From: Promethearchaeota archaeon
Lineage (GTDB): Archaea; Asgardarchaeota; Lokiarchaeia; Sigyniarchaeales; Promethearchaeaceae
Length of the DNA stretch: 23,020 nucleotides
NCBI GenBank assembly: GCA_014729055.1
Contig: WJKO01000187.1
Coordinates: 1-23,020 of the forward strand
Reading direction: 5' to 3'
In this document: positions 14,462 through 23,020 of the stretch, one piece after another
Layout: each line of letters starts with the position of its first letter
How positions within the stretch are numbered: the first letter of the stretch is position 1
Notes under the pieces: generated by a model
Told to the model about the DNA's origin: nothing
Database searches by the model: none
Seen by the model: only the letters and a program-made list of their open reading frames with translations
Program-made: the position numbers and the translations under genes

Positions 14462-16390
14462 TCATCCTTCATTCTTATCAAACTTAGTAATAACACCGAT
14501 TCTGACCTTTTTTGTCAGATTCTTATTTCGTAGGATCATTAATTCTCTTACTTCGCGTAATGCATCTGTTTCATCTAAACCATATTTGTTATGCAATTTC
14601 GATTTAGAACACGTATATTTCAGTAATTTGTATAAAGGCTTTGAAAATGTCTTGCCCATTCCACTGATATGTGTCGACATTTCCAATAAATCCAGACTTC
14701 CATCATCCCAACCTCCAAAAAAACCAGTTAGTGGAAAGTAAACAAAGAAAGCAATAAACAATAAGAAAAGAATTGCTGGTATGATTGCAATGATTGTATT
14801 CACCACTTGAATCATTGGAGTAAAAACGAATGTTACGTAGATGTATCCTAATAAAACACAAGTTGCAGAAGCAAATATAGGTGATAAAAATGCCTGTACA
14901 AATGGAATCCGCAATTTTAATACTTTCTTTTGGAGATATAAATATTGTAAAAAAATTTTAGTTAGGATCCCGGGCAATTCTGCACATGGAAGCATCCATA
15001 TAACCGCAGTAATACCAAATTTATCCGGCAATTGTAGTACTGGAATTAAAATGATCCATGCGACAAGTGACAATGTCGTCTCCACAATATTGGTAAATGC
15101 TTGAAAATTAACGTGACCCGTGCTAGAAATCACATTCATAGCTATATTATTATACGGTTGTTGGATCTCACGTATGACTCGTGGTAGAATAAAGGGAATA
15201 GCAAGAATCTGATATTCTATATTGAATGCAATGAATGCAGGTTCTAGGACCATTGTGACGACGGAGATAAGAGCAATCATAAGAAATTGAATTAATCCCG
15301 TATATCTCCATGCTTGTCCGACATAATACTTTGCCAGTTCCCTCTTATCGTTGAAAAAAGCCTCACTAATTGAGCCCCCAAGGCTAATATTCCATCCCAT
15401 AAGCCCACTGAATGTCCCAGCAATATCAAATAACGCTTTAAATGTTGTATACTGAGGTACAAAACGTAACCAAAGGAGTAATTCAACATAAGTAACAATC
15501 CCCCAAATCATACTTGGTAAGCCACTACGAATCCCCCAACTTAGACATTCTTTAAATAGTTTTGAATCAAAATCGTGCCGAAAACATGTTCGAACGGTAA
15601 ATCCATAATCTTTCATGACTTTCTGGAAATAATATGCTGATAAAAGAGTTGCAACGAAATCATCTACATAAAATCCAATGCTCGCACCGATCGCAATCCC
15701 CATGATTTCTCCTATTTCAGGATGATTTATCCCATAGTATCTGCCCCACAATACGAAGCCAATCTCGGTTATCTTTTGAAATACTTGCCCAGAGATAAAT
15801 CCGAGTATTGCGGTCTTATTATATTGCTGTAATGTATCTAATACTCCTCTAAATACGCCTAACATCCCCGGATATTCTGTTGTAGAAAAGATGAGTAGGA
15901 TCCAAATAGCATAAGCCAATTCATTGTGTGGTACGATAAAAAGCGCATAAATTGAAATAAAGGTCGTTTGGATTAATCCAGTAAACATCTGATACCAAAT
16001 AAAATACTGAATATACTCGACCATTTTTTCTGGATCTTTGACATTGGATTCACCGATAAATCGATTCATCATATTCGCTGTTCCTAAATTGAACGCTTCA
16101 ATCATGAGTGCGAAGATTCCAGTTGCAACAGCACGATAACCCAGTGGTTCCGGATATGGATATAGAAATTGTATTAAATAACTAAGAAAAACAAGTCCGA
16201 TCACCATTTCAATAAGCGTTAAAGGTAATTTATAGAAAAATCCTCCGAGAGGTCGATGAAACCCTATATTGCTCCATAATTCTTTTTCAGACAAGGATCC
16301 TACGCCCACAATATCTGAATCTTCCGAGAATTCTCCCTCTTGCGGCTCGAATTCTTCATTTGATTCTATATTTACCTTGTCACTAGGCAT
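14462..16390 (-). CDS. Polytopic membrane protein, 642 aa, possibly a MOP/Wzx-type polysaccharide flippase
   Basis: Acidic N-terminal segment of about 60 aa followed by about 14 hydrophobic helices. The mid-protein segment FKECLSWGIRSGLPSMIWGIV resembles the start of the second half of polysaccharide-biosynthesis (Wzx-like) proteins. The family call is tentative. Confidence 0.4.
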   Translation of the reverse strand: MPSDKVNIESNEEFEPQEGEFSEDSDIVGVGSLSEKELWSNIGFHRPLGGFFYKLPLTLIEMVIGLVFLSYLIQFLYPYPEPLGYRAVATGIFALMIEAFNLGTANMMNRFIGESNVKDPEKMVEYIQYFIWYQMFTGLIQTTFISIYALFIVPHNELAYAIWILLIFSTTEYPGMLGVFRGVLDTLQQYNKTAILGFISGQVFQKITEIGFVLWGRYYGINHPEIGEIMGIAIGASIGFYVDDFVATLLSAYYFQKVMKDYGFTVRTCFRHDFDSKLFKECLSWGIRSGLPSMIWGIVTYVELLLWLRFVPQYTTFKALFDIAGTFSGLMGWNISLGGSISEAFFNDKRELAKYYVGQAWRYTGLIQFLMIALISVVTMVLEPAFIAFNIEYQILAIPFILPRVIREIQQPYNNIAMNVISSTGHVNFQAFTNIVETTLSLVAWIILIPVLQLPDKFGITAVIWMLPCAELPGILTKIFLQYLYLQKKVLKLRIPFVQAFLSPIFASATCVLLGYIYVTFVFTPMIQVVNTIIAIIPAILFLLFIAFFVYFPLTGFFGGWDDGSLDLLEMSTHISGMGKTFSKPLYKLLKYTCSKSKLHNKYGLDETDALREVRELMILRNKNLTKKVRIGVITKFDKNEG

Positions 16391-16460
16391 TACTTCTATA
16401 TTCTTTTCAAAAAATTAAATAATTTGGGAAATTAATGTTTTTCCGAAAATAATTACCAAT

Positions 16461-17297
16461 TTATATGATTTTAAGATTTTCCAATTCTCTAACTGAATCG
16501 GCTTTCCATCGAATTGTACGATGATCTACGTATTCCGCGCGTTTTTTGTTGAAAATCTTTAATAATTGATAGAACCACTTGAATCTTACAGAAAACGTAT
16601 TTTCTTTTCTGTATCGTTTTTCTAATGTGACTGGCGTATTTATTGTATAGGGTTCGATTTTTGACATATTTTTAATAGATATCTTGATTTTTTTCTCTAA
16701 TAATGCATAGACTTCGTTAAACGGTAGCGATTCTGCCGATTCTAATCCCGTTCCGTTTTTGACAACGGCGCTAACGATATTTGGTATAAGATCTTCTGCT
16801 TCATTACATGCTTTATCATCGCCGGATATAAAAATTGTAGGCACACCCAGTTCACCTGCCAAAGCTGCCCTCAAACCAAATTCTCCGATTTCCATTTCAT
16901 TTAATTTGTAATACTCGATAGTTCTTGAACTCATCGTATGTGCCAAATTAGCATTAGGAGTACCCGCCATTGCGTGTTGTCCGACAAACGCGAGCGCTTC
17001 TATATGATTTTCCATAAAAAAATCTTGCATAGAAAATCTTTTCTTTGATTTATGCGGAATATAGGTTTCTATTGGCTTCAATTTTTCAGGAATGATACCA
17101 CCACTGCCATGACCATCCCAAATATGGATTTGTATGTTGTCGTCTAAATCATTAATTCCGTCTATAACTGCATTCAATTCTTGAGTCAATAGCTCTTTTG
17201 CTTTCTCGTTTTCTATTCCCTTTTCCCGAGTCTGCTTAAATTTAGTAACGCCAGCTACGCCTTCCAAATCGGTTAAAATAAATAGATTCCTAAGCAT
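16461..17297 (-). CDS. Peptidase M55 (DppA-type D-aminopeptidase) family protein
   Basis: The N-terminus FILTDLEGVAGV and the GQHAMAGTPNANLAHT block match the M55 family signature (xxDMEGxxGV, GYHAxAG..L.HT). Confidence 0.7.
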   Translation of the reverse strand: MLRNLFILTDLEGVAGVTKFKQTREKGIENEKAKELLTQELNAVIDGINDLDDNIQIHIWDGHGSGGIIPEKLKPIETYIPHKSKKRFSMQDFFMENHIEALAFVGQHAMAGTPNANLAHTMSSRTIEYYKLNEMEIGEFGLRAALAGELGVPTIFISGDDKACNEAEDLIPNIVSAVVKNGTGLESAESLPFNEVYALLEKKIKISIKNMSKIEPYTINTPVTLEKRYRKENTFSVRFKWFYQLLKIFNKKRAEYVDHRTIRWKADSVRELENLKII

Positions 17298-17336
17298 TTT
17301 TGAATCCTCTTTTAAATCCTTTTTGTTGAATCTTAT

Positions 17337-19952
17337 TCAATGTGGCTCCACTTTCTCTTCACTTCTATTACTTATTGCAATCTGTTTTCTATATCGAGTT
17401 ACAATTAGAAACGCAATCAAGATTAAAATTAATGATAATAATGTAATCACAAAATTCAATACAGTAGGAATATCATAATTCACAGAAGTGGTGAAATCAG
17501 TCCTGACGACTATCTTGCCGTCCACAATATCAAAAAAAGTTAGCACAAATATCATTGATGCTTTAATACCGTTCATTAAGAAGCCGATGGTTATAGCTAA
17601 GACAATCACAAACAAGTAAGTCCATAACTTTGGCAGATCCTTAAACCCCCGAGTCCGCATGGAAATAAATCGTAAAAGGGAAATTAACCAAAATCCTAAG
17701 ATTGCACTACCGCCTAATAATCCCAAAATATTCTGATAATCTGGCAAGATCATACCAAAAACAATTGTCCCGAAAAATAATAGCATTGAATATCGTAGAT
17801 ACTTGATAGAGATGATATCTGTTTTCTGCGTCTCTTGACTTTTCTCCACATTCTTATTAATCTTGTTTATCTGAATAATTAACCAGATACTCATCTGTAT
17901 TGCTAAAGATAATAATAAGAAGCCAAAATAGTCAAAAATCAAATTTAAGTTAAAATTAATCAAGTTGTATGTAGAAATAAATCCTGAGAGACCTAAGAAA
18001 AATCCAAATCCCGTTAGAATAAACAAGAGAAAACGCTTATCTTTAATAACCACCTTAAAGAGTGCTATAAAGTCTGTTCTTTTATCGCTATTTGGTTGTG
18101 AGATGTTCTGGGTTGTTTCTATATTTCTATTTTTTTCTAGTTCATGCAATTTTGGTTCTGGTTTCATCAATATTGCCGCCGAACTAATCATAAAGATGGA
18201 CACTACAAAGGTTAATAAGAAATCTGAATATAATAAGGAGAACATACCTATTGACCCCACTAATGCTACAGTGATACCCACTTTAGTTAATTCGAAAATA
18301 CTCTTTGGAATGTAATGTATAATAATCACCGCCACTATTGATGTTAAAAGAGCGCAATTCAAAAACGCCGCAACCGTATCCAAATAAAATGTTTCTATTG
18401 TAGAAACCAGAGAGGAAACAAAGAATAAGTTTGAGATTATTGCAACTAAAATTAAAAGAAATGAAAGGATTTTCTTTACTAAGATTCTTCTTGCATTTTC
18501 TGTTTCCTCTTTGCGAATTTTTAGGAATTGTTTAATGATAAAATAAACGACGATAAGAGAAGCCAAACACATACCCGCAATCTCCAATAATATTAAAAGG
18601 TTAGACTGTAGAAGAAACTGACTATATGTGAATGCAGAATAAAGAACTGCGAACGTGTGTTGTAAATAATATGAAAACATCCAAACAACCCATACTCCTA
18701 TTATCATACCCGATAGATATGGTCGAGCTCGTGATCTTGTTCGATCTTGAACGCACTCTCTCTCGTTTTCTAAATTATCTTCATCATCTTTGACGGATTC
18801 CTTTGTTAATGAGCTTTTTAGACTTAATCCCAAGATCAACACGACACTAATAATGCTCACCGAAGTGAGAATGAGATATACATATCGAGGGTTAAACATA
18901 TTGATTTGACGCGTCTGATAATATTCCCGGGATACCAACTCTATTATACTAGGAAATTTGGGAGTGAATCCAATATTGTCTGTGATGTTTACCTCAATAC
19001 AATCCCACATCCACCAATAGACACCTTTAAACCAAGGAGCAGTCCAAATCTTTGAATTAAAGAGTGAGCGATATATATCTTGTAATTCGTAAACATCTTG
19101 ATTTAGGTTAAATTTGTTGTCGTTTGGGACCATATTTGCACCATCTCTGGCTTGTGCTCCAAACTCTGCAAATAGTATAGGTTTGTTTAATTTCTTTGCA
19201 AATAGGTCAAACCTATCATAAAAGCCATTCCAAACTTTAGTTAATTGTTCGACCTCAGGGTCATATTCCATTGTAAAAGGAAACCAACTATCTAAACTGA
19301 TAATGTCCATTATATCCCACCATGTAACATACCAAAACGAATCATGATTTGCAGCGTAAGTTAATAATCCATCATATACCAAACGTATTTCTGCTACCAT
19401 CTCACGAACCTTATCCTCTCTCACTTGCATCGTGCCCATTTCACATCCAATCGAGAATATTTCAACACCTGAATCGTTAGCGACATCCGCCAGATGAACA
19501 ATAAAGTCACTATATTCCTCAAACCATTCGTCAGATGCGTTGATATATGAACGCCATTGATCTGTTTTTGTATCTAACATGGGTTTAAACAAGATTTTAA
19601 GACCGATAGAATGTGCATATTCAAAATATTCTGTTAAATTTGCATCAGTATCACTCCAAGGTCCCGACTCGATCTCGGTAGCAGTTAGATTGTCTTGCAA
19701 CCACCATACATTGGTCGCAACCCATTCGATGTTATTTTCTTTCATACTATCGAGTTCTGAAAATACTTCGGTTGAATTATATGAATAAGAACCCCAAGTT
19801 GTAAAACTCATCCCCTTTTGAAAGGGTATCTCTTCATAAGTTTCAATTTCTTTCGGATATTTATCCAAAATAGTCACAATACTCCAGATAGATACAACAA
19901 CATTGAATATCATAAGTGCTGCGAATAAAACATATTTCGAGGAAGGTTTCAT
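17337..19952 (-). CDS. Fusion protein: N-terminal anchor, extracytoplasmic glycoside-hydrolase-like TIM barrel (GH113/GH5-like), and a polytopic domain of about 13 TM helices
   Basis: Residues about 40-345 carry KGMSFTTW, ILFKPML, WFEEY, FSIGCEMG, LLTYAANH, WWDIMDIISLDSWFP and ILFAEFGAQ. This follows the clan GH-A layout, with two Glu positions in IGCE and AEFG. Residues about 350-860 are hydrophobic helices with a charged central loop (6+6-like). Confidence 0.55.
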   Translation of the reverse strand: MKPSSKYVLFAALMIFNVVVSIWSIVTILDKYPKEIETYEEIPFQKGMSFTTWGSYSYNSTEVFSELDSMKENNIEWVATNVWWLQDNLTATEIESGPWSDTDANLTEYFEYAHSIGLKILFKPMLDTKTDQWRSYINASDEWFEEYSDFIVHLADVANDSGVEIFSIGCEMGTMQVREDKVREMVAEIRLVYDGLLTYAANHDSFWYVTWWDIMDIISLDSWFPFTMEYDPEVEQLTKVWNGFYDRFDLFAKKLNKPILFAEFGAQARDGANMVPNDNKFNLNQDVYELQDIYRSLFNSKIWTAPWFKGVYWWMWDCIEVNITDNIGFTPKFPSIIELVSREYYQTRQINMFNPRYVYLILTSVSIISVVLILGLSLKSSLTKESVKDDEDNLENERECVQDRTRSRARPYLSGMIIGVWVVWMFSYYLQHTFAVLYSAFTYSQFLLQSNLLILLEIAGMCLASLIVVYFIIKQFLKIRKEETENARRILVKKILSFLLILVAIISNLFFVSSLVSTIETFYLDTVAAFLNCALLTSIVAVIIIHYIPKSIFELTKVGITVALVGSIGMFSLLYSDFLLTFVVSIFMISSAAILMKPEPKLHELEKNRNIETTQNISQPNSDKRTDFIALFKVVIKDKRFLLFILTGFGFFLGLSGFISTYNLINFNLNLIFDYFGFLLLSLAIQMSIWLIIQINKINKNVEKSQETQKTDIISIKYLRYSMLLFFGTIVFGMILPDYQNILGLLGGSAILGFWLISLLRFISMRTRGFKDLPKLWTYLFVIVLAITIGFLMNGIKASMIFVLTFFDIVDGKIVVRTDFTTSVNYDIPTVLNFVITLLSLILILIAFLIVTRYRKQIAISNRSEEKVEPH

Positions 19953-19977
19953 CTTCTTATCAAATTTAGTTTTGGTT

Positions 19978-20006
19978 TAAAGGAATAAAATTTTATTGTT
20001 CCTTTT
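19978..20006. promoter_or_regulatory. Palindrome AAAAGGAA-N13-TTCCTTTT in a divergent promoter region
   Basis: 8-bp perfect inverted arms. The spacer contains its own TAAAATTTTA palindrome. It lies between the divergent genes ending at 19952 and starting at 20046. Confidence 0.3.
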
Positions 20007-20045
20007 GGAATGTTTTTTTTATAATCAAAAATTAAAATAATAATA

Positions 20046-20639
20046 ATGGGATCTCTTACAAATTTCAGTGTAATCCCGATTCTTGGACTCAGTTTTTTGG
20101 TTTTTCGTATCTGGATATGTGAATATAAACTTAAGAACGCACTAGAATTTAGAAGACGTTACTTCTCCCGCGTGTTAGTGTTATATTTTTGCATAGCCTT
20201 AATATATAATTTTAAAAACATGGTATTCAATATAATTTGTATTTGGTCGATTCCATTCCTGATATTTGCTACAGTTGGATGGGATACGAGATTTTTAAAA
20301 CAATGGAAAAAAAATGAAATAGAATCTTGGAAAGCGGTTCGATATTCATTATTGCTAGAAAGAATTACGCTTCACTTACCTATGTTGGTAGTATCCTTAT
20401 GGTTATGTATTGAAAATTTCAACGGTTTTTTAACGGGGTATACTACTATTGAGAATGGTTTTCAAGCGGTGATTTATCTAATTTTTGCAACTATAATTGT
20501 TTATACCCCATATTTAGTATTAGATGTTAGGTTCTCGGAAAAAAGAGGATGGCCTATTGGCAAGAACCTAGCTCTATTGGCAATCATCCCGTGGTCATTG
20601 GTCTATTTATTATGCATACATCGTTTCTTTTTCGTGTGA
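20046..20639 (+). CDS. Small integral membrane protein (about 6 TM helices), unknown function
   Basis: Six hydrophobic segments by eye. No motif recognised. Confidence 0.5.
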   Translation: MGSLTNFSVIPILGLSFLVFRIWICEYKLKNALEFRRRYFSRVLVLYFCIALIYNFKNMVFNIICIWSIPFLIFATVGWDTRFLKQWKKNEIESWKAVRYSLLLERITLHLPMLVVSLWLCIENFNGFLTGYTTIENGFQAVIYLIFATIIVYTPYLVLDVRFSEKRGWPIGKNLALLAIIPWSLVYLLCIHRFFFV

Positions 20640-20802
20640 ATTTCAATTGAATCAATATTCTCCCCATCCTAATTTTATAAAATGGTTAGACAAAATTATA
20701 AATTAAGTCTAATGCGTAATTATCTCTGCAATTCTTATCATCAATCGAAATTTCTAAACCTTTTTATTTTTACTTTTACTAAAAATCAATAAGGAAGTTA
20801 AA

Positions 20803-22116
20803 ATGGAAGCTAAAGAGAGACAAGTAATAGATATTTTGGAAAACATTAAAGGAATTAATAATAAACATGTTAAAAATTTGGAATATTCTGAGAATATTGA
20901 ATACTCTGATGACAAATCTGAGACGGCTTTAAATGTTGAGAAGAAAGAAACTGAAAGCAACAAAAAAGAAGAGACTTCAAAAAACAATAATGTAAAAGGG
21001 AAAGAAAAGAAAAAAGTCAAGAAAAAGAAGAAAAAACAACAAAAATTGAAAAAACAACAATTGAAACAAAGAAAAAAGAAAAAGAAACTAACAAAGCCAC
21101 CTGGCGCAAAAGAAGCCAGATATCAATTTACACTTTATATTATACTATGGTTAATATATTTCCTTGTCTCTATATTACTGCCATTAGCATTGTTCTTTTT
21201 ATACTTTCTGGAAGTGCTAAAACCTTATGTTTGGGATATATTAAACCCAGGTAATTGGGACAAATGGTGGTATCATCTTATTTATCAGTTTGATCTTAGT
21301 AGGACAGCACCAGTTTTGCAGAATCCGTTAAGTCTATTCATCGTGCTTTCAAGTCCTTTAGTATTTACTGGTCTCTACTTATTTAAGATGTTTATGTATG
21401 CTCTTATTATGAAGATCTATTACTGGATATTTAATAAGATTGAACCTAGAAAAGAGATGACTAACGCACCCCCTTGGGGGAAAACCGCTAACCAAGTAAT
21501 GATGTATCACACTCGAAACTTCCTATTAAAGATTATAAAATGGGAATTTATAAAGAGTCCATTTCCTTGGTTATTGAATTGGATGTATAATTTTGTTGGT
21601 TCTAACTCAATAGGTAAAGGTACTACATTCGAAGATAGTTACGTTAGCACCGAATATTTAGAAACAGGTGAAAATGTATATCATGGATATGGAACCGTAA
21701 CAACCGCTCATTTAGTCGAAGGAAGTTATGGGGCACTGACTTTACAAAAAATTAAACTGAAAGATAATGCTTGTATAGGATCTCGCTGCGCTGTTCCACC
21801 AGGTGCTGAGTTTGGAGAGAATTCGCAGCTTCTATGGTACAGTGGAGTGATCAAATATCAAAAAGTAAGGGATAAGAAAAATTATTGGGGCTTACCCGCT
21901 GGAAGATTGAGTCGAGGTCGTTATAAGAGGTTACTACAATTTCCCGATGAAATTTTAAAAAAAGAAAAAGAGAAAAGAAATGCCGCTAAACGAAAGAAAA
22001 AAGCGGAACAAGCGAAGAAAGAAGAAAAAGCAAAGAAAGAAATACAAACCAAGAAAAAAGACGAACAAACAAAAAACCCCCAAGAATCTAAACCAGCAAA
22101 TGCAGAAACAAAATAG
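20803..22116 (+). CDS. Membrane protein with a left-handed beta-helix (hexapeptide-repeat) acyltransferase-like domain and Lys-rich N- and C-terminal tails
   Basis: GGAAG lies upstream of the ATG. The K/E/Q low-complexity N-terminus covers about 105 aa. TM segments include YIILWLIYFLVSILLPLALFFLYFL and LFIVLSSPLVFTGLYLF. The hexapeptide-like region is LETGENVYHGYGTV...IKLKDNACIGSRCAVPPGAEFGENSQL..WGLPAGR, followed by a K-rich tail. Confidence 0.6.
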   Translation: MEAKERQVIDILENIKGINNKHVKNLEYSENIEYSDDKSETALNVEKKETESNKKEETSKNNNVKGKEKKKVKKKKKKQQKLKKQQLKQRKKKKKLTKPPGAKEARYQFTLYIILWLIYFLVSILLPLALFFLYFLEVLKPYVWDILNPGNWDKWWYHLIYQFDLSRTAPVLQNPLSLFIVLSSPLVFTGLYLFKMFMYALIMKIYYWIFNKIEPRKEMTNAPPWGKTANQVMMYHTRNFLLKIIKWEFIKSPFPWLLNWMYNFVGSNSIGKGTTFEDSYVSTEYLETGENVYHGYGTVTTAHLVEGSYGALTLQKIKLKDNACIGSRCAVPPGAEFGENSQLLWYSGVIKYQKVRDKKNYWGLPAGRLSRGRYKRLLQFPDEILKKEKEKRNAAKRKKKAEQAKKEEKAKKEIQTKKKDEQTKNPQESKPANAETK

Positions 22117-22151
22117 AAAAATAAAACCAAAAAATTACGAGGTAAAATGTT

Positions 22152-23020
22152 ATGTCAATGAGACCTGTTTCATTAGAAGGTGGACCTGCCACCACAAATG
22201 CTTTAATTAAGAACCGATATATTATATTTCATTTTATTATGATTTGGATAACTGCACTCTGGCCTTTATGGTCAATAATAACTCATATACCGGCTTATTA
22301 CCGTAATGCCGTGAAATTCGTACTTATGCTACCATTACATGCCCTTGCTTGGTATTTTGAGTGGTTGCTAGTTGCAATTTTTGTGACGAAGGCATTTTTG
22401 ATTGTAGTGAATATCATTCATAAACCAAAAGAAGGTTATTTTCCACGAGATCCAAAGAATAAAGATTATCAATTCTGGTGTATCCGCTCTGTTATTAAAA
22501 AGTTTGCACTGTATATCTGTCATCATTTCCCATTACCATGGATAGATATTTTAGCATTTAAATTATTTGGTGTAAAAGCGCCATGGCAGACGGGATTGTT
22601 TGATGCATGGGTTGATACTGAATTTATTGAAATCGGTGAAAACACCATAATCGGTCAAGGATCGTTAACAATGAGTTCGATGATAACCAGAGATTATCTA
22701 ATTATCCAGAAAATAACCATTGGAGATAATTGTGTTATAGGTGGTTATTCGGTATTATCTCCAGGATCTAAGGTAGGAAATAATGTTGTATTGGGCACAC
22801 ATTCTGCAACAAGCGTCGGTCAAGAATTAGAGTCGAATTGGGTATATTTAGGTGTGCCAGCTAGAAAATATAAGAAGAATGAATATCAATCTGATGAAAT
22901 ATCAAAAGATGAAAAGAAGAGAACAACGAAGAAGTACATCAAACAGTATCTCACGATTGATGATCTTGAAGAAATTGAACGAAAAGAAAAATTGATGCAG
23001 AAAGGAGACGAAGCGGACGA
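22152..23020 (+). CDS. Paralogous TM plus hexapeptide-repeat acyltransferase-like protein (3' end outside the window; not in the ORF track)
   Basis: Manual translation from ATG 22152 stays open to the window end: MSMRPVSLEGG..., with TM segments IIFHFIMIWITALWPLWSII and LAWYFEWLLVAIFVTKAFLIVVNII. The clear hexapeptide repeats are IEIGENTIIGQGS and ITIGDNCVIGGYSVLSPGSKVGNNVVLGTHSA, then WVYLGVPARK and a K/E-rich tail. Confidence 0.7.
   Translation, partial: MSMRPVSLEGGPATTNALIKNRYIIFHFIMIWITALWPLWSIITHIPAYYRNAVKFVLMLPLHALAWYFEWLLVAIFVTKAFLIVVNIIHKPKEGYFPRDPKNKDYQFWCIRSVIKKFALYICHHFPLPWIDILAFKLFGVKAPWQTGLFDAWVDTEFIEIGENTIIGQGSLTMSSMITRDYLIIQKITIGDNCVIGGYSVLSPGSKVGNNVVLGTHSATSVGQELESNWVYLGVPARKYKKNEYQSDEISKDEKKRTTKKYIKQYLTIDDLEEIERKEKLMQKGDEAD

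Noticed and set aside
20935-22116. A-rich purine tracts (about 20935..21118 and 21955..22116) as satellite repeats or frameshift-prone pseudogene signals
   Set aside because: They stay in frame and encode Lys/Glu/Gln-rich tails. A comparable charged tail occurs in the paralog at 22152 onward. This is low-complexity coding sequence rather than a non-coding repeat.
275-22210. Track ORFs that lie antisense to, or out of frame within, longer well-supported genes. They are 275..472, 469..828, 1325..1519, 1868..2050, 2091..2273, 2885..3142, 5215..5511, 6624..6863, 10021..10293, 11575..11811, 12676..12882, 13741..13959, 14841..15104, 15292..15498, 17965..18315, 19579..19788, 20754..21020, 21921..22130 and 21980..22210.
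   Set aside because: Each is embedded in, or overlaps the end of, a longer ORF that has recognisable motifs or membrane-protein character. Their translations are low-complexity or Ser/Leu/Phe/Ile-rich, as expected for shadow frames in AT-rich DNA.

Overview
AT-rich window of about 23 kb, tightly packed with genes. It is most likely archaeal: it carries an intron-containing tRNA with a bulge-helix-bulge-like splice motif, an HTH_10 (Bat-type) regulator, and oligo-T tracts after genes. I cannot place the lineage from sequence alone.

Gene content, left to right:
- The 3' end of a 4Fe-4S dicluster protein.
- A translationally coupled operon of PaaI-type thioesterase, Amidohydro_2 hydrolase and NagB-like deaminase, convergent with a ThuA-like gene.
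- An orphan minus-strand cassette: a 287-aa helical protein plus two paralogous small ORFs (57 and 52 aa) that fall below the ORF-track cutoff.
- An SDR/epimerase fused to a C-terminal Zn-ribbon-like region.
- A polytopic membrane protein overlapping a membrane-anchored metallophosphoesterase.
- A stand-alone E2/CAT-fold acyltransferase.
- An HTH_10 regulator preceded by four tandem 14-nt repeats.
- A tRNA whose spliced anticodon reads UAU.
- Two tandem paralogous coiled-coil proteins of about 143 aa.
- A HAD-IIB phosphatase.
- A membrane/envelope cluster: a flippase-like protein, an M55 peptidase, a glycoside-hydrolase-like TIM barrel fused to about 13 TM helices, a small membrane protein, and two tandem paralogous TM plus hexapeptide-repeat acyltransferase-like proteins with Lys-rich tails.

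No CRISPR array, rRNA, integrase or transposase is visible. The best candidates for something undescribed are the TM plus beta-helix pair and its envelope cluster, the orphan cassette with hidden small paralogs, the coiled-coil pair, and the tRNA-Ile(UAU) intron. All functional calls rest on motif recognition by eye and need HMM or structure searches.
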